A stretch of DNA of 64,000 nt from the NCBI GenBank assembly GCA_047967505.1, contig CM106538.1. One strand, given 5' to 3'. Position numbers and translations under genes: made by a program. Source of the DNA: Dipteris shenzhenensis (Eukaryota). The notes under the pieces were generated by a model that was not told where the DNA came from, searched no databases, and was given only the letters and a program-made list of their open reading frames with translations. This document shows positions 11,710 through 25,098 of the stretch, one piece after another (positions within the stretch are counted from its first letter, which is position 1; each line of letters begins with the position of its first letter).

Positions 11710-12125
11710 AGTCAGGCCCTGGATCCATTGTTTCCAGACACAGATCTGCTCTTTCTGAATGTGCCTCAGTGTTTCCAGACAGACCCCAGATCCGGTTTTT
11801 CCAGGCATGGACCTTGGTTTTTTCAGACAGGCCCTAGATCTGGTGTTCCGGTGCTTAGATCTGGTGTTTCTAGACATAGACCTGGTGCTTCTAGACACGG
11901 TTCTAGCGCTTCCAAACAGGGATTCGGTATTTCCACCGATGCTTCCAAGCAGGACCTGAATCTAGTGTGTCCACATGGGCCTTTGATCCGGTAATTTTGG
12001 ATTTACAGATAAACCCCAGGCCTGGTGCTTCTAGATAGGCCTGGATTAGGTCTTTCCAGTAGGCTCGAATCCGGTCTTTCCAGCAAGTCCAGATCTGGTT
12101 TTTCCAAATAGGCCCCGGATCTGCT
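11710..12125. repeat. Degenerate minisatellite, ~21-27 bp unit (CCAGACAGGCCCCAGATCTGGTGTTT-like)
   Basis: More than a dozen variants of GATCTGGT(G/T)TTTCCAG seen directly. Confidence 0.8.
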
Positions 12126-12367
12126 ATTTTTTCAGTTATTCCGAAAAGGTTCGAAGTCGGACACTGTTTTACTTAATTCTTCATAGATCTAAATGCAGAT
12201 GGTTATCTTAGATCCAGATTTCTTAGTTAGAATTGGTTTTGGCTGTATCCACACAAGCCCTAAGCAGGTTACACATGTGATGTTTATTTGGTCCAATATT
12301 GCACCGTCATGTTTTATTCGAGATTTTGACCTCACTTGTACATATAGATGTAAACTTATACAGACTA

Positions 12368-12638
12368 CCAATATCTTGCTCGCAACAAAGTACGGTGATT
12401 CTGGTTTAAACTCTAAAAAATCCTGTAGAGCTTAATACGAGTCATTTTGCTTGTAGTGTTTTCCTCATTTAACCTTGATTCTTGTTTTCCATCTTAATTT
12501 TAATATCCCCCCCCCCCTCCCCCCCTCTCAAACCAATATCTTGCACGTGAACAAAGGACGGTGATTCTGGACTAAACTCTGAAAAATCCTGTAGGGCTTT
12601 AATACAAGTTATTTTGCTGTTAGTGTTTTCCTCATTTA
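12368..12638. repeat. Direct repeat of ~105 bp (12368-12471 and 12533-12638)
   Basis: AATATCTTGC...ACGGTGATTCTGG...GTGTTTTCCTCATTTA occurs twice. Confidence 0.85.
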
Positions 12639-12856
12639 TCCCCCCACACACACACACCACCAACCAACCGGCTACCTCTCTCTCTCTCTCTCTCAAAATG
12701 TGCCTTCTTCTTTGCCCCTCCACTCTTTCTTAAATGCAATTTAATAGTCGACAATTATTGGAAAGGAAGAGCGAAAGGAGAGGGATTCTATAAATGCATG
12801 GAGTCTGTACCATGCATCATGGGACGATTTTGGGTAGGTCATTTAAGCTAGAGTGC

Positions 12857-13126
12857 TCTCTCATTTTTAAGGTTCGAAATGAATCTCTACTCCTTATAGC
12901 AATCTCAAATGCATGACATTTTCTCTCAATGACAATTATATAGATGTACTACATCAAAAGTCGTGAGTTGGAACTTAAAAGGCCATATTTCTCTCGTTTT
13001 TAAGTTTTGAAACCAACCTCTAGTCCGTATAGCAATCTTGAATGCATGACATTTTCTCTCAATGATAATTATATAGATGTATTGCATCAAAAGTCTTGAG
13101 TTGGAACTTAAAAGGCCATATTTCTT
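12857..13126. repeat. Tandem duplication, ~132 bp x2
   Basis: ATGCATGACATTTTCTCTCAATGA...GAGTTGGAACTTAAAAGGCCATATTT occurs twice. Confidence 0.9.
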
Positions 13127-13439
13127 TCACTTTAGAGAAGAGAACTTAAAAAAGAAAAAAATCACACGAGTGATTTGTAATGGTATGTTTGTTGGTTTTT
13201 CAGTGGCTCACTGAATCAGAGTACTACTATTCAGACAAATGGTGCCAACAGTTTGGTGTGTGGAGTTAGAGTGCTTCTTTGTATATGCTCATTTTTAGTT
13301 TGGTTAAGCTTCCATCTTCCTTTCAAATGAAATTCGACATTCTGATATGCCTTTGATAAGGATATTGGTGGTGAAGCCAAGTGCTTAAGTTCAATGCTTT
13401 TTAATGAATGATTTGACCTTGCTAAGTTTTTTTGGGGTC

Positions 13440-13690
13440 AAAAGATGTATAAAAATGATATTTCAACCTAGGCCTTGAAACCAATTGGATGAAGTTTCAA
13501 ATTAATCTAAAAGAACGGGGTATTGAGCTTTTGCTCGATGTCTAGGATGCTTCTCTTGAATACAACTAGTTTGTGTGTCATGAAAAATGTATGGGAGGAG
13601 AGGATGAAGCCACAAGATCTTGTATGCTGAGTCTAAAAGAGTGATAGATTGCAATTGCTTGTCAATTCTTCCTTTTTTTGGGATCATGTA
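13440..13690 (-). pseudogene. LINE (non-LTR) reverse transcriptase fragment
   Basis: IPKKG...SITLLDSAYKIL..L.PLLPYIFHDTQ...PVLLD matches the L1-type RT domains IPK/RPI.LL..YKI/Q.GF/LD..KA. Confidence 0.65.
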
Positions 13691-14117
13691 CCATTAGAAA
13701 AAACTCCCGTACATATCACGTATGCTAAAGCGGTAATATCTAGACACCTACTTACATGTAACGTATGGGCCTTATACTACTTTTCTTTATAAAGCTTTGA
13801 ATTTGATGACTTCGTGAATGAAAAACCTCTTTAAGTGAATTTTTGGGGACTAAAAGGCTCCTTATGTTTATGTCTTTAAGAGAATTTTTGGGGATTAGAA
13901 AGTTCCTTATGTTGATCCCATGTCGCATGGCTACATATTTTTACGTGCATCTCTTGGCATTTTTAATTAACTTGGCTCATAAAATATTTAGGAAGTTTAT
14001 ATAATGTTTGGGGGACTACATTTTTTGTTTACACAGTGAGTGCTATTCCAAGAAATGTATCTAGTTAAAGTGGGCTCGACCCATCCACTCTGCATCTTGT
14101 GCAAGTAGAAAAAAGGA

Positions 14118-14953
14118 TGCCCATGCCCTCTCTTGGTAGGGAGGGATTCCAGGAGTTACTCAAGGAGAAAGAAAGACTCACTTCTTAGATAAATAATGCA
14201 TGAGTTGCATAAGTGTGGCTTGTAAGCTCAAGTTCTTCGTTAAACACTCCTATTCGCTCCTTGATCTACAAACCTATTAATTAATTAGTTGTGACATGCC
14301 TAATTGGAAATTAACCTAAGCTACTAACTAATTAACCTATCTAATCTAATCGCGAATTAACCTATTGTTGCTCCCTCCTCGCTCCCTCCGCTTCTGCCTC
14401 CCACTCTCTCTTCCCTCCTTCTGCCTTCCTCCCTCCTCTTACTTCCCGCTGCCTCCTTCCCTCTTGCCTCTCTCCTTCCCTCCTCTTCCTCCCGTTCCCT
14501 CCTTCCCTCTTGCTTCCCCCTCTCTCCTTCCCTCCTCTTCGTCCCGTTCCCTCCTTCCCTCCTCTTCCTCCTCCCACCTCCCACTTCACTCCTTCCCTCC
14601 TCTACCTCCTGCTCTCTCCCCCCTCCCTTGCTTCTCCTTGTCCCCCTCCCTCCCTTCCACTCTCTCCTCCTTTCTTATTCCCCAGCTCTTCCTCCTTTTG
14701 TTGGAGAGGCCTCATAGCCCCCCCTATTTGCACCACGCCCCCCCCTCATTTTATACCCAGCTTAGGAAAAGCTTCTGGAGTTCAAGGCTTCTCGAAGCAG
14801 CCACTGCCAAGAATTCGCCAGTTTAATTTGCCTCTTCAATCCTTACGTTAATTGCCATAAATTTTTCCCTCACACAAATTAATTATTAGGGGCCCAAATT
14901 CAATTTGGGGGTCCTTATTGAGGGACTAGTGCGAGCTCCTTGTAGAGCCATCA
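14118..14953 (-). mobile_element. Probable solo LTR related to 1912-2618, containing a ~330-bp polypyrimidine tract
   Basis: TG at 14118 and CA at 14953. Minus-strand TATAAAA near 14749-14755. Shared motifs with 1912-2618. No matching TSD. Confidence 0.5.
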
Positions 14954-15186
14954 AGTGGGAGTGCAAGCAACACGTGGTACCACTCTTATTTTGGTCTATG
15001 GAGCAAGTTTCTCGAATATTGGTTCTTTCTTATCTTCTTGATAATGAGTCATATATTTGTTGATAACCGTTCTCATGGATTCTTATTCAATTTGGATCAA
15101 CTTGTGTACCCTAGAATTACACACACACATAGGCGATATTAACAAGTTGAAATAAATGATAGTGTCCACAATGGGACTCATTCATT

Positions 15187-15770
15187 TGTGAGTGGGAGTT
15201 TTTCTCATGAATGGTAATGTATAGTGTGTACTAGGAGTTCACCTTCTTCTCTAATTCGAGCTCGAGATCAAGGTCAACCCAAATTTCATCCCAAAAACTC
15301 TAGAATGTGGCTTTGCTTTTTTGTCTTTGAAATTTTGCCAGTCAACAATGGATGCATGTTGCAATCAAGCATACTAAGTCTTTGCCTAATCTTTAAATGT
15401 TTTTGCTAAGCACACATTTGGCCAATCGACAATGGATGCATGTTGCAATCAAGCATACTAATTCTTGGCCTAATCTTTAAATGTCAGTGCCAAGCATGCC
15501 ATTAAGTGTGCATTCTCAAAAATGGCCATTATAATGCAAATGTATTCAAATTCTCTAAAGTGCAATTAACAGTCCTCTCCTATTACACCATGTAAATCTA
15601 GGAAAGGGAAAACCAAATCCCCTTAAAAGTTGTGGCACAATAGGTGGGAGGGTAGTTGAGTTTTAACTCATCCTAGGCTTTCACTAGGGTTTTAACCTAT
15701 TGCATCTTCTTCTTCCAACTTCAATGCTAACTTACTCCATGATTTCAAACCACCTTGTCCAATCCTCACA
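15187..15770 (+). repeat. 5' LTR of a Copia element
   Basis: Terminal inverted TGTGAG...CTCACA, followed after 2 nt by a perfect PBS. Internal ~84-bp tandem duplication at 15333-15500. Confidence 0.7.
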
Positions 15771-15772
15771 TT

Positions 15773-15784
15773 TGGTATCAGAGC
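15773..15784 (+). promoter_or_regulatory. Primer binding site, tRNA-iMet type
   Basis: Exact TGGTATCAGAGC. Confidence 0.9.
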
Positions 15785-17048
15785 AAGTTGACCCTTGCTC
15801 TCTAATCTCTCCATGCTCCATTCCAAGCTTGGGAGCTAACTTTGCGATGAAGAACTACAATTCTATCATGAGAAGCCTTTTTGTCACACCCACCACCTCC
15901 TACATCCATTTTAAAACCATGAGGGGAGAAATGGGGTAAATAATTAGTGAGGGATTTGAGGTGGACCAATGGTGGTGCTCGTTTCTATGGGTCAATGCCA
16001 TGTTGAGATGTCCAAAAGTATTTTAGGGGGGGGACCTGTAACCCATAGTTTAGACCCATGATGCTCGCTCCTAGCTGTTGGTCGAATCTCCAATCCAAGC
16101 AGTACATTCAAAATTTGTGGTAGAACTCTCCCACCCATTAGATCAAGGTGTAGGTCTAAGGGATAGAGGGGTCAAACATAAACCCTTGATCAATGCACAA
16201 CTATAATGGATAGGATTAAAAGAGGAGGTGGGTCAATTTCAGCCATCCATCAAGCAATCGATCCAAGGGAGGAAATGAGAGGAAAAGACACTTGAATTCG
16301 AGCAATCCATTATGCGCTAAAATCTCCACCCTTAATCACAAGTCTTGATCATTCACCCTCTAATAAGCACCTCAATCCTAGCCCTTGAATTGATCCTTCC
16401 ATGTCCACCATAGATCCATCCAAGATCCAATGGTCCACAACAAAGGTGCCTTATCCCTCTTTGATACACCTCCCTTTCACTAGATTTTGCTAGTTAAAGC
16501 CCTCCAAAGCCAATCGCCCACCATTTTAGGCATCCTAGACCTTAGATCCATGTCTTTAGTCGATTTTGTCGTGAGACTGATGGTAGGTCCATTTTGGAGC
16601 TGATTTTAAGAGACATGGTTTTTGTCTGGTGCTCGAATAGATCAAATTTATGGCCATTTGTACTCAACCATGTCTAATTTTGTGAGGCTTTTGTAGGAGA
16701 AATTTGGGCTTGATTCGTAGCAAATGTACTTTTTTGTGTACTTGATGTTCATGTTAGAGTGTTGTTGATTTGAAGCTAGATGATTAATTTTTGAGGTTTA
16801 ACTAATTTTTGGGGTTGTTCCTCCACTAAGTTTGTCACTGAATGGGCTTGATTTTGTGCAAGGAATAGCATAATACCTCTATTTTGGTATACACAAATTT
16901 CAAAAGGGTTGTGTTTTGTTTGAGCAAAGCATTGGCTATTTTGGGGGAGATTTTACTCTATATTGATAATGTTCAAATGGTAGAATAGTGTTTTTTCGTT
17001 GATATGGTATAATAGCAGGTGAATTGTTTGTGCATTTATCTTCAAGGA

Positions 17049-17960
17049 TGGATAACATCGAAATCAAAATATGGGAGATTATTTTGGAGTTTGGTCTAGG
17101 GCGATAAATTGGATGGCACCAACAATATTCCCTATGAAGATTTATGGTCAAAAAATCTTTTTGTTTGGGGTGTTGTTATAGGTGAACATCCTCATCTATG
17201 AGATGCAACCATTGCTCCTGGTGCACCTCCGCAAGGATTTAATCCTCATGATGGGCAGCAGGCACACAAGTCAAGCCAGTTACACTAACTACACCTGTAG
17301 ACCCTACTCAAGATCAAGGAAGATGGGATGCCAGAGATGTAGCGTGTCACTCATTGCATGTTTGTTAAGAGGTTCATCATACCTCATATCTATTTTTTGA
17401 GGACTTGCAAGCAAGCTTGAGATAGCTTGGAGAATATGTATTAGCTGAGGAATGAGACTAGCGTCTCTTTCTTTGAAAGACAACTTGACAATGCCAAGAT
17501 ACTAAAGGGTAACTCAATGCTGACTAAGATATGCTGACTAAGATCTAGGATCTTAGAGAACGAGCTACTAAACATTGATAAAGTTATGCATGAGAATCTG
17601 CTTATATCTACAATTTTTTAATTCTTTGCGAGACTTATCTAATTTTATATACTGCTCTAAACTTTCTATGAGGCATGGAACACTTCCACTTACTTTTCAA
17701 GAACTTATGGGTTTGATATTGCAAGAAGAATAGGCAAGGAAAAATATGTATGTTGACATGCATGATAGTGATCAAGCTTTGTTGGCTAAAGGAAAAATAA
17801 ACCTCAATCTTTTGCTCTCAATCAAGGACTAATTCATTTCATCCATCTAAGATAAATCCAAAAAATGTAGGTCAACCCAAGAAAAAGGTTAAATGCCATT
17901 ATTACAAGAATCTTGGACACCACATCAATGAATGCAAGAAAGGTTGGGGAAAAAAAGGAG
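17049..17960 (+). pseudogene. gag: Copia gag, heavily decayed
   Basis: GDKLDGTN..., LRNETSV..RQL, TFQELMGLILQEE, and knuckle KCHYYKNLGHHINECKK. Confidence 0.75.
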
Positions 17961-17969
17961 GATGAAGGA

Positions 17970-18634
17970 AGTCGAATTGATAGTTTCAAACTCCAATGCG
18001 TCAGGCAACCCATCAAGGGCATTAGAAATCAGCTAAGAATTAGGCATAATCTCATCAATGTTGGCCAACTGCTCTTTCAAATCCTTCACATTAGTGAGAT
18101 AGGCATCCATGTTGCCACCCTCATCAAGCTTTAAATCTTTCAACTGCTTGCGGAGATAGGCAACCCTTGCCTCATTCCGCAACCGATACGAAGATGCAAG
18201 CTGATCCCATGCTTGCTTAGCTATCTTGCAAGACCGAATACGAGGGATAATAACCTGTTTCACTAAAGAGCAATCAAGGCATGTGCTTTGGCATCACGAC
18301 CATCCCATTAAATTTACTCCTGTGAAGGAGGCAAAGCACTTGGAGCAAGAGGTGCAAGAGTCTTAGCTATAGCATTAGAACTATCACCTGAAGACCCATC
18401 ACCTGAAGAAGCAGAGGCTGCAGGTGTAGCACCAATAATAGTGCGTATAGGCCTAGCATCAGAACCTAAAACAATATGCCATAGATTCTTGGCAACCAAA
18501 ACATGTCCCATCATGTATGACCACATGGGGTAATTGGTGCCATCAAGCTTGTCATCGGCCCCAATCAGCCTAAACAAACCATCTTTGCCACCAGACATGG
18601 TGCTGAAATACAAGGCAAATGCACCAACTGGCAA
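17970..18634 (-). pseudogene. gag: Copia gag N-terminal half (related family, inverted)
   Basis: DDKLDGTNYPMWSYMM..VLVAKNLW and AKQAWDQLASSY.LRNEARVAYLRKQL..LKL.EG..MDAYL (UBN2-type gag). Confidence 0.9.
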
Positions 18635-19004
18635 AGCAACTCACCGACTCTTGCAAACTCTATTGCTAGTGCTATAGCAAAGCAACGTCACTATAATTTG
18701 AAGATGGAAGTAGTTGAATATGACAATTTGAATGGGTGCATTAGTCCTCTCCTCACACTGATGCTGCTCACCATACTAAATCTTGTGGTTCATCACCACA
18801 ACCATTGTATAACTCTCTCATAAAACCTTTAATGAAAGGTTCAAGCTTCTTGTTGTCAATGTGAACGTTCTCAGAAGACTCACAACATAGCATTATGGGT
18901 CATTTGTTGATCCTACAAAGACGTAGGAGAAATTTATGGATATGAATGTTCAAACGTCTCCTGCTATTATTGCACTAAACATGTCCACAAAGAGGAGACT
19001 TATT

Positions 19005-19190
19005 TGGTCAGGGGCTCCCACCCTCAAATCCCTCAATCGGGGCACCTCCCTAAGCTCCAACTAACACTTGCTACCTTTAGCCATTAGGACACGCTTTCCC
19101 TCCCCATCAAGTGTCTAAATTGGGACCTATTGGGCATCTGTGCTACTCAATGCATTCTCCTATTAAGGGGGACTTATAAATTAGAGCTAG
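19005..19190 (-). repeat. LTR fragment homologous to the LTR at 25349-26222
   Basis: Reverse complement TTTATAAGTCCCC...GGAGAATGCATTGAGTAG...ATAGGTCCCAATTTAGACAC matches 25400-25478. Confidence 0.65.
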
Positions 19191-20439
19191 CCACTACCCA
19201 CATAGCTACATGAAAGTGGAACATTGACTTCCCATAGACCCCTCTCACTCTTTCTTCAAATATGCTTTCTCCCTCTCCCTCTTTCCCCATCTTGGGACCC
19301 CCTTGACTCTCTTGCATGCCTTGGTTGAGACTATTACTCTTAAAGAGAACATGAGGTCATGTATTCAAGCTTGAGTAAGAATGAGGAATACCTACCCAAG
19401 ATGAGGATGGGCCACCAGTGCACACTACTTGTCCCCTATACACACTTTAAGACATGAATTTTGTTTCTATTTTTCAAGGTCCAAGAAAGCCCTCGACTCT
19501 CATCGCTATTCGATTCAGACACAATCCATTCTTTGGGTTTTGGTTTTTTAAATATTTCTTTGATCATTTTTTATGTTGTTTGTTGGTTGAAGCATTGTAT
19601 GTTGCCTCATATCATAGGTGTCTACCTTTGTAGTGTTTGGGTTGATTTTGCCTGGACATTACCTGTGTTATCATTCCTTTGCTTGTTACATCTATTATTT
19701 ATTTGCTCTACTACTACCAGGTACATCCAGTCTTTACTTTGGCTTGCTAGTGTGTTTGCCTAGTGCCTTTGTTTGCACTATAGACTATTGTAGCTTCATC
19801 TAGCATTGCTTCCTGAGTATTGCTAGTTTGTGATGTTGCTTGTGGCTTGAGCAAGTTTTTGTTGTTTTTTTTTCTTTTATTTTCTAATTGATCACTTGGC
19901 ATAGACTGCTACATGGCAATGCTTGCTAAAAGGACTAAAAGATGAGTAGGGGGACAACAAATTGTGAGGTCTTGAAGGATGATAAAATCTAGAAAAAAGA
20001 CAAGAGTCAAGGTGCTCCTACTATGGGAGAAATTTAGTGCTTTACCTAGGAGCTTGTGAGAGTGTAACTTAGAGACTTGAGCTAGTTTCTTGGACTCAAG
20101 CACCTATTACTCTTTTGCTCTCCTCCACTATGGTTGCACATATACTCCACATGTCTACTCTACCCTTCTTGTTTCTCTACTTCAGCTATTTGGGCATTTT
20201 GATCCATGATTTCCCAATAATAGTGTTAAATTTATTTTCAAATGCCAAGCCTAATTATAATCTTGGATTGAAACTAAATATCACCAAGTATAGTCCTTGC
20301 TGTCCAACCTAGAGGTTAGAGGCTTGCCTGCTCTCTTGTCCCAAGCCACTATGATGTACTTCTATGCTTACCACACTATAATCCCTATCCCTTTGCTAAG
20401 CTTGTGTACTCTTGCATTTCCATCATCCATAAATACCTC

Positions 20440-22490
20440 CCACTATTAATAGAAGAGATAAAAGAGAGGAGAACTATGCACACGACTTGGGATGAGGAGA
20501 GACAAGATGGAGGAGACAAAAGAAGAGAATAAAGCTAGCACATCAAGTTGCCTTAGCCATCAGTAGCATTGTAATGATAAGGCTACTATGTGCTCCACAC
20601 AATACAACAAGGTTCCACCTATTAAATAGGCACCCAAGTCCCCACAGTCCTATCCAATATATGAATCGGGCTTGAATATAATCTCTCAATACCCCCCATC
20701 CCCCCCCCCTCCTCTTTAATATGAAATGAGAGAGAAGTATTGCAATACATCAAATGATATAAAAATAGGAGAAGATTTTATCAATCAAGCTTATTATAAG
20801 GTTGGACAACTAAGAGACATGGTACTTATTGAATAGCACACGGCATAACTAGAGCAGTGTATCGATTAAACAAGAAGACTCTTTGCACTTGCTTGATCTC
20901 GTGTATGACATGATTTAAATCATTATATGCTTTGCACCTTGTCCATCCTCACACAATGACTAACACAAGGCTACCAGCCTTGTTCAAGTTATTGGCTTGT
21001 CAGCATTGTGATGGTAATATAGGATAGCACCTTAAGAACAACAACAAGGAATGATTAACTTTGACTGCAGATTTGATAGAAAAACAAGACCTGACAATGT
21101 AATTTAAAGCAAATCTGTTTAGCCAGTCATATATGGAGAAACGCAATGACCGCCTAATGCAAAAACATCATATAAGAGGAGTTAAGTGGTGGTGTCGTTT
21201 TGGTGTAGTGGCACATATGAGAATATAAGGGCAACTATTGGGCTAATGATGGACTAGACAGAGATGTAATGGCATGAGGATATCTATGGAGTGGTAACAT
21301 ACTTGTAGCATAAAAATTTTAGAGGCTATAGCTACATATAGTCACCAACATAGGGCATATAAGAATGGCAACATAGCTTCTTCAGCTGCTCTGCTAGTGT
21401 AGATTCACCTCAGCATTGCTACCCAAATTTCCTTTAGAATGATAGCCTAACAAAAATAAGAGGTAAGAGAAGAATAACAACAGGACCTTTCAAATGATGG
21501 ATTCATACAATTTGTATGCATTTCTCTCATCACCATAGCCAACCATGATGCATTTGCATGACTTTACATCCAAATTTTGGAGTAGTCTTCCTGTATGCAA
21601 GCATATATGATGCATCTAAAAATGCAATGATAACCATCATTGGCTTGTATCAAGTGAATGCATCATACTGTGTCATACCATGAATGAGCTCATGCGATTA
21701 AATAATTGGTAGTCTTGATGGCTTCTATCTAATATTAATTTGGAAGATGTTTCTCATTTAGCATTGCTCTAGCACTATCTGCTAAATTCCTATCCTTGGC
21801 ATTTTTATAGAGGAGTATGATTTGCACATGACAAATGCCATATGGTGCAAAAGATGACTATCAAAAATCAAATTAATTGATGACACAAAAACAAAATCTA
21901 GAGCACTCACAATAAGTGTATGTGATGCCATATGGCTCAAAAGATAATTGGAATAGCCCTAATTCCTCAAGGATCACATTCACGATAGATCCAACATCTA
22001 CTACTACATCTAGTATGATCTATCCCTCAATAGCTAAACAAATCTGATGGTAGCTTTCTTTCATGTTTATAAAGGAAATAGTATTTACTCTAGATGGCAA
22101 AGATATATTGAGATACTTAACTTCTTGAAATAATGTCCTCACTATTCAATGGATGTCTACAACAAAACACCATTAGTGTCTCTACTAATCTTAAAGGGTT
22201 TGCAATCATGCAGAGGTTTCCTCACATAGGTGAACTTATACCAATTCTTCTAATTCTTCGATGTTCTCAAATCAATTCATAATTTCCCCATATGATCAGA
22301 GATGTTACTTTATTTTTTCGTTAATTTCTAACTTCTTAGGCTCTTTAATAGGAAATTTCTCAATCACTATCCCCTTTGATTGATTGACAAACTATTTAAG
22401 AGGCTTGTTTTATGTTTTCATTTTTAACACACAATTGGGTCATGATAGATACCTACTTACAATAGGTTGGCTATAGGGACTATACTATTT
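20440..22490 (-). mobile_element. Decayed Copia: integrase/SH3 relic, PPT and 3' LTR
   Basis: Minus strand 21480-21830 gives RNLADSARAMLNEKHLP...KSCKCIMVGYGDERNAYKLY. G-rich PPT at 20692-20712 is followed by TATTGAGAG. No RT recognised. Confidence 0.7.
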
Positions 22491-22501
22491 ATGAGCCTAT
22501 T

Positions 22502-22885
22502 TTGTGCAGGTCTACCAGAGCTAGGTATCCTGTGGATAGGCTAAAATATGATGGATTTACAGCCATTCACTATGCCTATATGGTCAAAGTGATACATGAA
22601 CCAGAACCCACTTCTTTTGAGCAAGCCATGGGAAAAGAAAAATGGGAGAAAGCCATGGATGAAGAAATGGATGCCTTGGAAGCAAATGCTACATGGGAAT
22701 TGGTGCCTTTGCCTAAAGACAAGAATGCAATTGGTTGCAAGTGGGTTTATAAGGTGAAGCACAATGCAGATGGTTCTGTGAACAGACACAAGGAAAGATT
22801 AGTTGTCAAGGGGTATGCACAGACATATGGCATTGATTATGAAGAAACATTCAGTCTGGTTGCAAGGATGGCAACCGTAAGAGCA
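22502..22885 (+). pseudogene. Copia RT (RVT_2) N-terminal fragment
   Basis: EPTSFEQAM...[24 protein letters not shown]...[10 protein letters not shown]...[20 protein letters not shown]. Confidence 0.95.
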
Positions 22886-25098
22886 TACTATTCAAGAGTT
22901 TTTGATTTTTGTTTTCATTTTTAGCACCAATCAGGTCATGACAATACGTATCTACTATGGGTTGGTAATAGGGGTTCCAATCAAACAAAAATTATGGTTA
23001 TACTATTTGATGTAGAAACTATATCAATTGCCTTTTCCTTAAAGAGACTATACAAACTTTAGCTCCTAAATCATCTGGCTTTATTCAACAATTAGTAGGC
23101 CCAGGTTCAGTCTTAATGGCATCTTGATAGGGCCTATAGAATTCTCACAAAACCAATTTATATTCACTTTCTACTATCATGCTTGTATTCACCTGGCATA
23201 TAGCCTCAATCCTCTACTATTTCTAGCATGCCATTAAAGCTTCTTCATAAAAGCACATGATTGAGAGGAGTTTCCATCTATTATACTGACTTCTAGTAAT
23301 ACATTTTTATTCTCCATACCCCCCCCCCTCTCTCTCTCTCTCGCTCTCTCTCATCTACAAAGATCTTGTTTTTTGTGTTGGATGAAAAAGTTGTATTTTT
23401 GTACATGTTATTAGAGCTTTGGCTCTTGACAAGAAGTATTGGTAGTTGTTTTTAATTTGAAAATAGATTTGGAGAGAGGGCTCAACCCATGGCAAGAGAG
23501 TGACCTCCATAATTTGGCTCTAAAGGAAAGCTGGATGGGATGAAATACACCTCTGGAAGTTCAAGATGAAAGCTATATTGAGTTCTTATGAGCTTTGGGA
23601 TATGGAAACTAGAGCGGATGTGATGTCGATTCCAAATGTGGATACCATCGATGGAAAAAATCATACCAATGGTTGGTGAGGTCTTGGCATGGGGGAGAAA
23701 GAATGTCAATACATTGTGTTCCATTGTCACCAGTGTCAATGATTTTGTTATGGCTTTGATTCAATAGCTGCACAACCATAGATGGTACTCAAGAACTAGC
23801 ATGGGACCATGAATTAGATGAGGATCCAAAGTCTAGAGAATGATCTTGAGCTAGAGGTTTCTTAAGCGATATAGTAATTCATCTCGAGGGGAATACAATA
23901 CAAAATCAGATGGCTAAAATTAGTATTGCAAACACCAGAGTCAAAGATTTTGCATGAAGGTTGCATCCATATTATTTCCCCTAAGTATGACAACTTTAAT
24001 GGCATTGAATACGTAAGTCAGGACACATATGCTCACCTTTGAATATTTTAACACCATGCTTCTTTGATGAGTTCAAGACCATGATTCTTGTGGAGACATC
24101 AAAAGGCTACGCAGGGAGACTATTCAGCTTTCTCTACATGCTTTAAGAAGGGAAAGGATAAAGACTCTAGTAACTCCTTTTCTTCAAAGGATAAGAGGAA
24201 GAAAGATATAAAATTCTTCCACTACAACAAAAGCAACCACATTCAAAATGAGTATAAAAAGAATGCTATAGACTAGAAGATAGTTTGGTAATGCCATATA
24301 AGAAGAAGTTAAGTCCTAGTTGTCAAAAGGCTAGGTAGGGAGATTATTTAGCTTTCTTTACAAGGCTGAAGAAATAAAAGGGTAAAGACTCTAGTAACCA
24401 TTCTTCTTTAAGGCTAAGAGAAAGAGAAAGATAAAGTGCATCTATTGTAAAAATGCAACCACATTCTGAATAATTGTAGAAAGAAGGCTACAGTGGAGAA
24501 GAATAACATGCTAAAGCCATCCAAGAGGGAATTTGGCAATAATGCTTAAGCTGAGTTGAAGTTGTTTGTGAATATAAGGTAGTCCATTTTCCTAGGGTTG
24601 ATGAATCATGGATCATCGATTGTGGAGCTTCTTGACACATGACCATTCATAGGGATTGGTACACCTCCTATGATCTGTATGGAGTGACATCCTAGCAGTA
24701 GCAAAAAATGATGCAAAATATCCAACCAAGGGCACAAGTACTATATCTTTCATGTTTAATGGAGTTATTAAGAATGGGTTGAGAATTTGGCAGATGTCAT
24801 GTATGTGACAAACATCAAGAGAACTTTTATCTCATGGATCAATAAGAAGAATCCTACTATTTCTCTTTATTCTACTAAGGCTGAGTATAAAGAAACTTGC
24901 TTTGCTTCTTGTGGGGCATTTTGGTTAAGTAGGAGTTTGGTAGACATGAGAGCAGCCCATGCAAGTCCATGCATAGACAACAAGATTATGTTGTGAAAAC
25001 CATAAGTACATGGTGATTGCAAGGAATTTGATGTTCCATGGCTACACCAAACACATTGATATTCCGCATCACTTTGTGTGTGAGCTATCATGGATGGA

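Noticed and set aside
11710-12125. Possible CRISPR array or repeat protein
   Set aside because: Degenerate minisatellite without unique spacers or a sustained frame.
14357-14851. Pro/Ser/Leu-rich and Gly/Arg/Glu-rich ORFs
   Set aside because: Low-complexity pyrimidine tract within an LTR-like segment.
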